Below, piece after piece: positions 26,554 to 36,131 of a stretch of DNA of 64,000 nt (position 1 is the first letter of the stretch; the number at the start of each line of letters is the position of its first letter). This DNA comes from an uncultured bacterium. GTDB lineage: Bacteria; Macinerneyibacteriota; Macinerneyibacteria; Macinerneyibacteriales; CAYRFE01. The DNA is taken from the NCBI GenBank assembly GCA_964423645.1, contig CAYRFE010000012.1, forward strand, positions 20,085 to 84,084, read 5' to 3'. The translations under genes and the position numbers were made by a program. The notes under the pieces were generated by a model. The model was not told the DNA's origin. It was given only the letters and a program-made list of their open reading frames with translations, and searched no databases.

Positions 26554-27847
26554 TGGTTTTTAACCAAGCGGAATAATACAATCCTTTGTCATGCAATTCT
26601 TTTCGTTCATCTGCAAGCATTCTCAAATATCTTTTCGGCGGTATTTTTATAAAGAGTATTGCTACAGAAACATACAATAGGATTGCTACCCATGCAAACG
26701 TTCTTCTTCCATAGGTTATTTGCTCATCCGGCTCATTGATTGCATATAAAAGCCAAAACAATCCGCCTATTGAAGGGAAATAATAGACAATATCGATCAT
26801 AAAATAACAACTCAGAACAACAAACATTGGAAAAAGAGGGGAAGCCCGTATTCTGTATAATGCAATCCCAAAAAACACAACCATGATAATACCGACTACC
26901 CCATGATCAGCCATACTTTGTAATGCAAAACTATGAGCATTATGAATAACATTCGCATCCTGTTGCTGATAACGAGGATAATGAAGATCAAAATTATTTT
27001 CACCTACACCGATAAGGGAATTATCGCTGTACATTTGAATTGCTGAACTATAATTTTGATACCGTTCTTGGAGTGACTTTTCCACCGAAGAAAATTCTCG
27101 TACAGAAAAAAACATTATTCCTGCAATAAGAACCAATAGCGAGCCTATTATCAGTTGCTTATATCTTTTTTTTGTAATAAGAATAATAACCGTGTACAAA
27201 ACCATCAATCCAAAAGCAATAAATGTTTTTGTGAGTAACATCATCCCAAGATTACATAATGCAATAATGAAATAATAGAACTTATGTTCCTTTTTATAAA
27301 GGTACAATGCGATAAAAAATGCCGTTATACAAAAAGCTGCATAGGCATTTGGCAATTGGAATGTCGCAAATTGACGTCCGGATCCAAGAAGTGCTTTTAC
27401 CGCACTGTCAGCATGTGTGTGCAAAATCATCGGAAATGCATAAATATTTTGATACAACACATAAAGCATAAGTACAAGGGAATAGACTACCAGTGTTTTA
27501 TAGAAAAGAATCGGAAACGAATAATGCCTGAATATAACATATAAAAACAGATAAAACATATAATACAGATACATTTCATTCGATAAAAACAAATCTTTAG
27601 CATACATAATGGAGGTAAGCGGTAATATAAAGAACCAAAATAAACTACGAGTGCATGCGATTTTTTTAAATGAAAATATTACAAATATCCCGCTGAGCAT
27701 AAGAATGTTTATAAAAAGCGAATCATTAATACCTGCTGCGTTGGTGCTAAAATCAAACCCGAAAAATAACATTATCGGAAAACCGACGAGTAGGGGTATA
27801 AATATAAGATATAAATATTTCATACCATATGATAAGCCTTTTTTCAT
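26519..27847 (-). CDS. O-antigen ligase (Wzy_C)-like polytopic membrane protein
   Basis: Polytopic. Wzy_C loop HNAHSFALQSMADHGVVG. 442 aa. Immediately downstream of pilQ (53-nt gap). Confidence 0.7.
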   Translation of the reverse strand: MKKGLSYGMKYLYLIFIPLLVGFPIMLFFGFDFSTNAAGINDSLFINILMLSGIFVIFSFKKIACTRSLFWFFILPLTSIMYAKDLFLSNEMYLYYMFYLFLYVIFRHYSFPILFYKTLVVYSLVLMLYVLYQNIYAFPMILHTHADSAVKALLGSGRQFATFQLPNAYAAFCITAFFIALYLYKKEHKFYYFIIALCNLGMMLLTKTFIAFGLMVLYTVIILITKKRYKQLIIGSLLVLIAGIMFFSVREFSSVEKSLQERYQNYSSAIQMYSDNSLIGVGENNFDLHYPRYQQQDANVIHNAHSFALQSMADHGVVGIIMVVFFGIALYRIRASPLFPMFVVLSCYFMIDIVYYFPSIGGLFWLLYAINEPDEQITYGRRTFAWVAILLYVSVAILFIKIPPKRYLRMLADERKELHDKGLYYSAWLKTIELEEYRYNDK

Positions 27848-27900
27848 GAAATAAAGACGGGGGGTATGTCCCCCCCGCGTATTTGATATATCATCGTTGA

Positions 27901-30138
27901 TTAATTTGCCGCCGGCATGATAATATGTGGCGTTACAAAAATAATTATTTCTTCTGCCTCACGTTTGGTTTGTCTGTTTTTGAATAATAGTCCTAAGATC
28001 GGGATGTCTTTTAAAATCGGTACACCTGAAGACGAACTGGATTTATCCAAGCGAACAAGGCCTGCGATAACTGCTGTTTTCCCATCTTTTACTAACAGAG
28101 TTGTAGTTGCCGTATTTTTCGCAATAATCAAATTCACTCCCGAACCTGATGCATCACTGACCTCAGGTTTAATCTCCAGTATTACCTCATTACTTGCATT
28201 CACGGTAGCCTTCACATCAAGTTTTATACCCACATCGGTAAGTGTGGTCACGGTATTCCCTGCTTGATCAAGCTGAGTAATCGGCACAGACTTTCCGTTT
28301 TGGAGAGATGCGGTTAATCCGCTCATAGTCGTAACCGACGGATTGGCCATAACTTCGGCTTTACTTTCTTCAGCGAGCAAGGTGAGTTTCATATTGATGT
28401 CATACGTGTCCAATAACGTTGTTACGACATCAGTAGAAATACCTGTAGTTCCATATTGAATATTGGTTCCGTAATTCGGAGCACCGGTGGTAATAAAAGC
28501 TTGGTTGTTGGTTGCCTGCCAGCGAATACCCAGCGTCGTTGCTGCAGAGGTCGCAACACGAACAAATTTAGCCTCTATCATAACTTGCGGTATCGGTTTG
28601 TCAAGATACCTGATCATGTTGAGAGCTTCATTCAAACGCTCAGGACTGCCTGTGAGAATCAACGAATTGGTTCGCTTGTCAACGATTGGTTTCATAGACA
28701 TCGTTTGTTCCAACAGTTTAGAAATATCATCTGCCGTTGAATAGGAAATTGGTATGATCCGTGTTTCTACAGGTCCTAAATCAACCATTTCTTTCTGCTT
28801 TTTAACCGCATCGACTTCTCTTTTAAATTCATCAACGGTTGCAACACGAATAATATTATCTCTAATCTCATATGCAAACCCGTTGGTTCTGAGAATAATA
28901 TCTAATGCCGTTTCCCATGTAACATTAGAAAGTTCAAGCGTCACTAAACCTTTTACACTTTGAGACATAATAATATTATACCCGCTTTGTTTTGCGAGCC
29001 CCGTTAAAAGGACAGAAATATCTTGTTTCTGTACAGAAATATATTTAATGATATCTGAACGTTTTTCACGCATACTGGTATCGGAAGTTTGATTACCAAG
29101 CATATCAATATCCATAACAATGTCTTTGTCATCGCGATAAATCTTATATGAGATATTATTGTTTAAACGTATGTCAGAAATAACGTTATTCCCGCTTCTG
29201 CTGTTTGTTACTTCAACAACAGCCGCTTTACGTACAGGTATCGTAAGTAGTTTATCGCTGATTGCGGCATTGGTAAACGTAAGCTGGATTTTTTCTTCTT
29301 TGGGAAGTTGCTTTTCATCAAATCGAACCCATCCGTTTGTTTTAAAACGTAATGTTACACGATTATCCGTTTGTTCGCTGGTAACTTCCGTAATTTCAAC
29401 GCGTTGCGCTTCAACTTCTTTATCAAGCGTGATAACCAAGCTGTTCTGGCCCTTTTCAATGTTTGCAGGAAATTCATTCATCAGATTGATAACAAGATTG
29501 ATATCCTTTTCACCGATAGGCACAAGATTAATATTTTCAACGACATCTCCATCGCCGACAAACTGCTCTTTCCCTGTGATATTTTTGGCATTATATAACT
29601 CAACGGTCATCTTTTTCTTTTCTTCCTTCACCGTATAATTGAATGCTTCTTCAAATTCGATGAATACTTTCACCTTATTCGTACCATCCTTAACAATATC
29701 CACCATCTTTAACTGGGATGGTTTGCTAAGCGTCTCTGTAGATGCTGTCACGCTCGTCGGTGTCACATCGCTCAAACTGAAATGAATAACCAATGAGTTG
29801 GCTTTTTTGTCAACAAAATATTGATACCATTTATCCATCTGTACGACGACTCGTGAAATGTTTTTTTGAAACTGCGCAACTCGGATCTCTTGAATTCCGC
29901 CGATATTAACCTTCGTTGATTCATTTTTTTTATCAGTTGTGGTTGACTGAAAATCGATTATGAGACGTGCAGGGCCATCCATCTTTGTGATTGCATACTT
30001 CAACTGCCCCTCAACGGTAATCTCAACATCCAATCCGCCGGTAACCGGTGTATGGGTCACATTCTTCAAGACTGCCGCAGAAAGAGTCGTTACCGCACAT
30101 GCGATACAAAGGACAGCACATGCTAAAAATTGTTTCAT
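27901..30138 (-). CDS. pilQ: Type IV pilus secretin PilQ
   Basis: Signal peptide. N-terminal AMIN-like repeats. C-terminal secretin domain (…GVPILKDIPILGLLFKNRQTKREAEEIIIFVTPHII). Confidence 0.9.
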   Translation of the reverse strand: MKQFLACAVLCIACAVTTLSAAVLKNVTHTPVTGGLDVEITVEGQLKYAITKMDGPARLIIDFQSTTTDKKNESTKVNIGGIQEIRVAQFQKNISRVVVQMDKWYQYFVDKKANSLVIHFSLSDVTPTSVTASTETLSKPSQLKMVDIVKDGTNKVKVFIEFEEAFNYTVKEEKKKMTVELYNAKNITGKEQFVGDGDVVENINLVPIGEKDINLVINLMNEFPANIEKGQNSLVITLDKEVEAQRVEITEVTSEQTDNRVTLRFKTNGWVRFDEKQLPKEEKIQLTFTNAAISDKLLTIPVRKAAVVEVTNSRSGNNVISDIRLNNNISYKIYRDDKDIVMDIDMLGNQTSDTSMREKRSDIIKYISVQKQDISVLLTGLAKQSGYNIIMSQSVKGLVTLELSNVTWETALDIILRTNGFAYEIRDNIIRVATVDEFKREVDAVKKQKEMVDLGPVETRIIPISYSTADDISKLLEQTMSMKPIVDKRTNSLILTGSPERLNEALNMIRYLDKPIPQVMIEAKFVRVATSAATTLGIRWQATNNQAFITTGAPNYGTNIQYGTTGISTDVVTTLLDTYDINMKLTLLAEESKAEVMANPSVTTMSGLTASLQNGKSVPITQLDQAGNTVTTLTDVGIKLDVKATVNASNEVILEIKPEVSDASGSGVNLIIAKNTATTTLLVKDGKTAVIAGLVRLDKSSSSSGVPILKDIPILGLLFKNRQTKREAEEIIIFVTPHIIMPAAN

Positions 30139-30148
30139 CTTATCCTCC

Positions 30149-31039
30149 TTATTCAGTAACTTTATGTAAAATAATATCGCGCGGTTGCCCTTCGGTTTTG
30201 ATCACAAAACGTCGCAGTACAACCATCTCACGGGTTATAGACTCAACCTTTGCACCACCGATAACGCTCCCTATCTTCAATACGATTCCACGGCCGGAAT
30301 CATCTTCCAGCATCGCAACAACTTCGTTCCCGTAATGAATGATTCCCCTGTAATTTAATTTTGAGAAATCGACATCTTCCGCATCAACAACACTTTGTTG
30401 GGTAGTGCTTCCGTCTTTTTCTTCGGGAGTAGCATACGGATTAATGAAAGGATCCCGTTTGTTATGGCTTTTATACTGATAGGTCTCTTTTTCCTTGACC
30501 ACATCTTCAACATTACGTTCTTTCGGATCCTTCGCCGCATCTTTGGATACTACGGTTTTTTTCGTATCAATCTTTTTTTCCGTGACCGGGCTGTCTTGAG
30601 GTTTCTTCGTGGTTGTAACATTTTGGGTAGTAGTCACCGTTTTACCGGTGTCAGGTGTGGTTTTACCTGTCGTTTCGTTCTTCACGGTATCAGTTTTTTT
30701 AGAAGACTCTGGCTTCTCCGCCGGTTTTTTAACATCCGTTTTCGAAGTATCTTTTTTTGTAATATCAGTCTTCGTTGCATCTGTTGGTGTTTTACTCGAC
30801 TGAGTGGTATCCGTCTTCGACGTAGTTGATTTTATCGGCTGTTCAATGGTCTGCTTTTGTGCATCCGTTGTCTTTTTCCCGTCAAGTGCCGGAGGTTGAC
30901 TCTTTTTATATACTTGCTCTATCTTATCTTCAGCATCTTTCAAATCTTTGTCAGTAGGCTTTGACGATCCGCAGGAACTCAATACTACCATCACCGACAT
31001 ACAACACAATAAAAAAATACACCAACGTGTTCGGCGCAT
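30149..31039 (-). CDS. pilP: Pilus assembly lipoprotein PilP with long T/K-rich disordered linker
   Basis: Lipobox LSSC. Approx. 150-aa low-complexity KTD/TTK linker. C-terminal PilP beta-domain (…YRGIIHYGNEVVAMLEDDSGRGIVLKIGSVIGG…). Confidence 0.75.
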   Translation of the reverse strand: MRRTRWCIFLLCCMSVMVVLSSCGSSKPTDKDLKDAEDKIEQVYKKSQPPALDGKKTTDAQKQTIEQPIKSTTSKTDTTQSSKTPTDATKTDITKKDTSKTDVKKPAEKPESSKKTDTVKNETTGKTTPDTGKTVTTTQNVTTTKKPQDSPVTEKKIDTKKTVVSKDAAKDPKERNVEDVVKEKETYQYKSHNKRDPFINPYATPEEKDGSTTQQSVVDAEDVDFSKLNYRGIIHYGNEVVAMLEDDSGRGIVLKIGSVIGGAKVESITREMVVLRRFVIKTEGQPRDIILHKVTE

Positions 31040-31048
31040 AATCCTCTC

Positions 31049-31624
31049 CTATTTCTTCTCGTTATAGATGTATGCCACCAAATTGAGCGAAGAGCTGATC
31101 GTATGTGTCTTTTTCGACGTCGTCGCAGATTGCACGCCCGAAATAGAAATATCCCCAACATTGATAATACGGGGCAATAAACTAAGATTTGATAAAAAAT
31201 ATCCCAGAGAATGAAAATTTCCTTTAAGGGATAAATCAATACGAAACTCCAGATAATCACCCTTCGGTTCAAGCTTTCCGGGTTTAAACGATTCTAAGGA
31301 CAGATCCGCACTTTGCGACGCATACGTTACCTCGCGCAATAATTTGGGAATTTCCTGTTGAGTAGGTAAGAGTTTTTTGGCGATCTCTATGCGAGCGTTG
31401 TTATTTTCTATCTCTGCCTTGAGTTCCGCAACTTTTTTCTCTAACGCGACCAAACGCGAATATTCGGTTTTCTTTTGCGTCACCTCTGTTTCTAAACCCG
31501 CGATAACCGCGCCCTGTGGTTTGAGAAGCATATAGTAAAAAACAGCGATCAATCCTATAGCGAGAAAAACGGCGATTACAATCTTTTTATTCTTGGGATC
31601 GTTAATATCAAACTTTCCAGCCAT
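31049..31624 (-). CDS. pilO: Type IV pilus assembly protein PilO
   Basis: Single N-terminal TM, coiled coil, then periplasmic domain. Position between pilN and pilP. Confidence 0.8.
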   Translation of the reverse strand: MAGKFDINDPKNKKIVIAVFLAIGLIAVFYYMLLKPQGAVIAGLETEVTQKKTEYSRLVALEKKVAELKAEIENNNARIEIAKKLLPTQQEIPKLLREVTYASQSADLSLESFKPGKLEPKGDYLEFRIDLSLKGNFHSLGYFLSNLSLLPRIINVGDISISGVQSATTSKKTHTISSSLNLVAYIYNEKK

Positions 31625-31633
31625 TTCATCCCC

Positions 31634-32212
31634 CTATTTTTTTGTTTCCCTAAACGCAGGATTTATCAAGCATGTGATAGAAAACGAGGAAAAAGTCTTT
31701 TCATCCTTACCGCTTGAGATTTTTGCCTCGGTCACGCCCTCGATAGTCGCCTTATCAATAAAACCGGGAACTTCAAGGCTTTCCGCAAAATCAGAAATGA
31801 TAAAATTATTTTTGCTTTTACCGCTAAGACTAAGGGTATTCCCTCTCAAACTCATTGATTCAAGCCACATATCTTCAGGAATTTTAAGCAGAAGCGTTTC
31901 CAACAATTGAGGCGTGAAGGTACGTCCCTTCTGCAAGCGATCAAGCACGGCAACCTTATTCTTAATATCTTTTAACTGTGCTTCAAGTGTCTTCGCTGTC
32001 GCATCGAGAGTTTTAAACTCCGGTTTATTTATCTTTTGCTCAAGATCATCTTTCTCTTTTGTAAGACTAGATATTTTTTGAAGATTTGCAAGATACATCA
32101 TTCCAAGAAAAATCGCAAGACCGACGAATGCCAGTATCATTACGGTGCCAAGTATAGGCACCCTCGCCCGCTCCTTACGTTCTTCCTTCGGGAGCAGATT
32201 GATCTCTATCAT
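31634..32212 (-). CDS. pilN: Type IV pilus assembly protein PilN
   Basis: Hallmark N-terminus MIEINLLPKEERKE followed by one TM. Confidence 0.85.
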   Translation of the reverse strand: MIEINLLPKEERKERARVPILGTVMILAFVGLAIFLGMMYLANLQKISSLTKEKDDLEQKINKPEFKTLDATAKTLEAQLKDIKNKVAVLDRLQKGRTFTPQLLETLLLKIPEDMWLESMSLRGNTLSLSGKSKNNFIISDFAESLEVPGFIDKATIEGVTEAKISSGKDEKTFSSFSITCLINPAFRETKK

Positions 32213-32213
32213 A

Positions 32214-33221
32214 TTACTTCACCTTCCTCATCGCAAGGCCGACAACAACCGTCAGCGCCGGACCTAATTGTTCCAAATCGCTCATTAATGCGGGAGGTGC
32301 CTTCATATACTTTACCGGATTGAACAATTCAATTTCAACACCCAGTAATGATGAAAGAGAATTTGACAGTCCCAGCGTTAACGCGCCGCCACCCGTTATG
32401 ACGACACGATTAATAACAACCTGCGTGTTCATTTTCACATAATCTATCGAGCGCATTATTTCATTACCGATATTGGTGTTCACTTCATCTACAAAGGGAC
32501 GAATATCGACATTCGCCGTTTCTTTGCCTAACTTCACTCTATCAGCCGTATCAAAATTCATGCCGAGTCCCTTTGCAATGGCATCGGTGTAATGACGACC
32601 GCCATAATTGATTTCACGAATAAACTTCGGAATACCATCCACCGTGATATTCAAGCTGGTTTTCTCAGAGCCTATATCGGCAAAAAGAACCGTCCCGCTC
32701 GTCGGAGCAACTAATGTTTCATATACGTTTTGAATAGCAAGGGCTGATGTATCGACAACCATCGGGCTCAAACCGAGACTTTTTAATAAATTAACGCGCG
32801 CATTAACAATCTCTCGCTTCGCCGCTACGATCAAAACATCTGTTTTGCCGGCGCTTTCTCCTAATATTGCATAATCAGAATAGATATCCGACGGTTCAAA
32901 AGGTATATAATTCGGAAGTTCCCACCCTAACGAGGCAACGACCTTATCTCTGCCGGTTGCATCTATCTGCACTGTTTTATTGATTAAATGACGACCTGAT
33001 ATAGGGATCGAAACATTTTTATTCTTTATTTTCCTATTTGCAAAAATACTGCTGATGGTCGACTCGATCAGATTGGCATCAATAATCTCACCCTCAACGA
33101 TGCTTTCTCGAGAAAGCAGTCCGTAACCGAAATTTATAACTTCAACTCCTTTGGATGTAAGGCGAAGTTCCATGGCCTTGATGCTGTTCGCACCAATATC
33201 CAAGCCAACGAGCTGCTTCAT
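32214..33221 (-). CDS. pilM: Type IV pilus assembly ATPase-fold protein PilM
   Basis: Actin/FtsA-like fold signatures (GLDIGANSIKA…, ITGGGA). First gene of pilMNOPQ. GGAGG SD. Confidence 0.85.
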   Translation of the reverse strand: MKQLVGLDIGANSIKAMELRLTSKGVEVINFGYGLLSRESIVEGEIIDANLIESTISSIFANRKIKNKNVSIPISGRHLINKTVQIDATGRDKVVASLGWELPNYIPFEPSDIYSDYAILGESAGKTDVLIVAAKREIVNARVNLLKSLGLSPMVVDTSALAIQNVYETLVAPTSGTVLFADIGSEKTSLNITVDGIPKFIREINYGGRHYTDAIAKGLGMNFDTADRVKLGKETANVDIRPFVDEVNTNIGNEIMRSIDYVKMNTQVVINRVVITGGGALTLGLSNSLSSLLGVEIELFNPVKYMKAPPALMSDLEQLGPALTVVVGLAMRKVK

Positions 33222-33224
33222 AGT

Positions 33225-33262
33225 ACCTCCTATTTTCCATTAGAATAGCATATTTCTGTAAT
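33225..33262 (-). promoter_or_regulatory. Candidate promoter for pilM in the 44-nt RR-pilM gap
   Basis: Minus strand: TTGACA-N16/17-TATTCT then GGAGG SD. By-eye call. Read-through from upstream genes is also likely. Confidence 0.25.
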
Positions 33263-33265
33263 ATG

Positions 33266-34558
33266 TCAAGGTTTTATGTTATATAACTTTATTTTTCTTA
33301 TCAAAGTATTTCTATGAATGCCTAATAATTGTGCGGCTTTTGAATGATTATTATGCGTGGTCAACAATGCTTTCTCTATGAGGGCTTTTTCTGATCCGTT
33401 CAACGTCTCATTGGTAACAGTTGAAAGAGTGAGCATATGAATAGGATCGACTGACCCGCTGATGACCACTTGTGTGATAATATTCTCGAGCTCACGAACG
33501 TTCCCTGGCCATGTATACTCATTCAAGATACGTAATTCCTCCGAAGAAAGCACAATTCTTTGTTTATACTTTCTATTAGATAATTCAAGGAAATACCTGC
33601 ATAACGGCATAATATCATCGATTCTTTCGCGTAAAGGGGGGATAGTAAGAGGAAAAACATTCAACCGATAATAAAGGTCTTCTCTGAAATTCTTCTGCAT
33701 TACTTCTTCAGATAAAATCCTATTGGTGGCTGCAATGATTCTTACATCAATAGACCGACTGGTCACTTCTCCAAGACGTGTGATCTCCTTCTCCTGCACA
33801 ACGCGAAGCAATTTGACTTGTGCTGCTAACGATACCTCAGTGATCTCATCCAGAAAAATGGTTCCTCGATGAGCATATTCAAATTTACCTTTATAATCTT
33901 TATCTGCTCCGGTGAATGCACCTTTTTTATATCCGAACAATTCGGATTCAATAAGGTTTTCAGGCAATGCGGCACAAAACACTTTCACAAAAGGTTTTTG
34001 CGATCGTATACTTTCTCGATGAATTAAATCAGCTACCAACTCTTTACCTGTGCCGCTTTCGCCTTGGATCAATACGGTGGCATCAGAATGCGCTGCTTTT
34101 TTTGCCTTTTCAATGACATCTAACATCACGCGAGAGACGGCAATAAAATTTCTCGGGGTATTTTGCGCATTACCGAATCCCTCTATATCGGCTTCCAATT
34201 CTTCGGTATGTGCAATTTTCTTAAGGATCATCTCAAGCTCATCGTAATTGAGCGGTTTGGTAAGATAGTCGTACGCGCCGAGTTTCATTGCAAATACTGC
34301 ATCTTGAGTATTTGAGAATGCCGTAAGCATAATCACTTTACACGGGAATGCGTTTTTTTGTATAAACTGTAATAAAAGCATTCCGTTGATTTTTTTTAAC
34401 TTATAATCAGTTATAACAACATCATATGCACTTTTTTCAAGTAACGCCATGGCCGGCTCACCGTCATCGGTCTCAATGACCGAATGACCTGAACCTAACA
34501 GTAACTCTTTCATGTAGGTACGCTGTATCGGATCGTCCTCAACCAGAAGTATTTTCAT
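33266..34558 (-). CDS. Sigma-54-dependent response regulator (NtrC family), PilR-like by position
   Basis: REC domain (D-box), AAA+ sigma54-interaction domain (GESGTGKE, GAFTGA in ELFGYKKGAFTGAD), C-terminal HTH (…AAQLLGIHRNTLIRKI). Confidence 0.85.
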   Translation of the reverse strand: MKILLVEDDPIQRTYMKELLLGSGHSVIETDDGEPAMALLEKSAYDVVITDYKLKKINGMLLLQFIQKNAFPCKVIMLTAFSNTQDAVFAMKLGAYDYLTKPLNYDELEMILKKIAHTEELEADIEGFGNAQNTPRNFIAVSRVMLDVIEKAKKAAHSDATVLIQGESGTGKELVADLIHRESIRSQKPFVKVFCAALPENLIESELFGYKKGAFTGADKDYKGKFEYAHRGTIFLDEITEVSLAAQVKLLRVVQEKEITRLGEVTSRSIDVRIIAATNRILSEEVMQKNFREDLYYRLNVFPLTIPPLRERIDDIMPLCRYFLELSNRKYKQRIVLSSEELRILNEYTWPGNVRELENIITQVVISGSVDPIHMLTLSTVTNETLNGSEKALIEKALLTTHNNHSKAAQLLGIHRNTLIRKIKLYNIKP

Positions 34559-36131
34559 GACGTATAAACCTCATCGATAGTGTAGTAAATCTCCCCTTCT
34601 CTGTAATCAATTCCATTGTAGCACCACCCATAGCCAAGAGCAAGCGAATGATATACATCCCGATTCCGGTCCCTTGTTCTTTCGTAGTATATCCGAGTTG
34701 AATAAGACGAATAAGCTGATCAGCATCAAATCCGTTCCCATTATCCGTAATATCCAGATAAACATGCTCATCACTCTGACGCAAAATAACCGTAAGCGTC
34801 AGAGAATCACGCCGTTCTTCAAGTGCGTTTTTTATAATATTATCACAGATGATCTTCAACTTCATCCGATCAAAATAAATAAGCGGAGAAATCGTCGCCT
34901 CAATCGAAAACCGCACATTGCTATCATTAAAAACTGTTTCCCAGTGCATCAGTAAATTTGTGGTAAACTGTGCTAATTCTATCGGTTCAGGCGTATACTC
35001 GATCAATAAACCCATATGTGACGCAACTGAATTGATGAATTGTAATTGATTGTCGATATCATCCCATTTCTTCTCTTCGGGGTACTTCTTTTCAAGCGTT
35101 TTTACGATCATAGCGATAACATTTAAAGGATTTTTAATCTCATGCGCAATGACAGAAGAAAGCGTTTTTAATGCAGTCTCATTGACCGCACACGCAGATT
35201 GCAATTCGTCCGCACGCTTCTGAATGATCAGAATACGATCATACCCGTTTTCGGTTTTCATCCCCACCAATACGAAATCTGCAAATACCGGCGTTCCGTC
35301 CATCGCGGAAAATGTTTGCGTAAAAAACAATCCGTTATTAAATTTCTCATCGTCAAGCATAGTATGCAGAAAGGGGAATATTTCATGTGCATGAAGTCCT
35401 TGAATAGTACCTCCGTAAAGAGATTCAAGTTTTTTATTGGAATGGCGTACAACACCATCTCCTTGGAGTACGGCAAACCCGACACCAAGATTATCGATCA
35501 CATAATTTAAAACTTGCATGGTATTTTTCACGGTTGAAGACATATCATTGAAGTGATTAGCGAGCGTACGAATCTCAGCTATACCGTCTTCGGTGACATG
35601 CACATCATAATTCCCTTGTGTTATGAGCTTTGTTGAACGCGTAATAGCGGTGACGGGACGAATAAAGAATACATACGAAACGTAATACATACATCCGGTT
35701 ATCGCGATAATTAATATATAAAAAGGAATTAAAAAACGCAAATACATCCCTGCGCGCAGATAGTCACTAAATGAGTATATAAACACGTAGCGACTTGCAT
35801 TATCGGATCGTAAAAATAGCGTACGGTTGAATCGCAGAGGAGTACCCGATTTTAACCGGTCACGGATCGCAAACAAATCATAATAGGGAACTCCGATAAA
35901 TCGTTCATTCGACTCATCATATACCGCACTTAAAAAATGCAATGCTACTAATTTTTTTAAAACAATTTCTTGTTTGTCACTGTCTTCTGTTGCAATAAAA
36001 TCCGTGTAACGGATCAAGGAGTCCTCCATTTCATTATAGTACAATGAAAATAATAAATGATATGCAAGAAAACCGCTTATAATCGCTGAAGATAACAATA
36101 ACGACGCCGCGATAAGAACAGTTTTTTTCAT
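34539..36131 (-). CDS. Sensor histidine kinase (PilS-like by position)
   Basis: N-terminal TM/HAMP. HisKA H-box HEIKNPLNVI. HATPase_c (G-boxes DNGNGF, GTGIGMYI). Start set to MKKTVLIAASLLL at 36131, forming an ATGA overlap with the upstream gene's stop. Confidence 0.8.
   Translation of the reverse strand: MKKTVLIAASLLLSSAIISGFLAYHLLFSLYYNEMEDSLIRYTDFIATEDSDKQEIVLKKLVALHFLSAVYDESNERFIGVPYYDLFAIRDRLKSGTPLRFNRTLFLRSDNASRYVFIYSFSDYLRAGMYLRFLIPFYILIIAITGCMYYVSYVFFIRPVTAITRSTKLITQGNYDVHVTEDGIAEIRTLANHFNDMSSTVKNTMQVLNYVIDNLGVGFAVLQGDGVVRHSNKKLESLYGGTIQGLHAHEIFPFLHTMLDDEKFNNGLFFTQTFSAMDGTPVFADFVLVGMKTENGYDRILIIQKRADELQSACAVNETALKTLSSVIAHEIKNPLNVIAMIVKTLEKKYPEEKKWDDIDNQLQFINSVASHMGLLIEYTPEPIELAQFTTNLLMHWETVFNDSNVRFSIEATISPLIYFDRMKLKIICDNIIKNALEERRDSLTLTVILRQSDEHVYLDITDNGNGFDADQLIRLIQLGYTTKEQGTGIGMYIIRLLLAMGGATMELITEKGRFTTLSMRFIRHENTSG

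Noticed and set aside
30149-31039. T/K-rich repeats in pilP as a DNA-level tandem repeat or contingency locus
   Set aside because: Protein-level low complexity (KTD/TTK) without exact nucleotide tandem repeats. Interpreted as a disordered linker, not a slipped-strand repeat.
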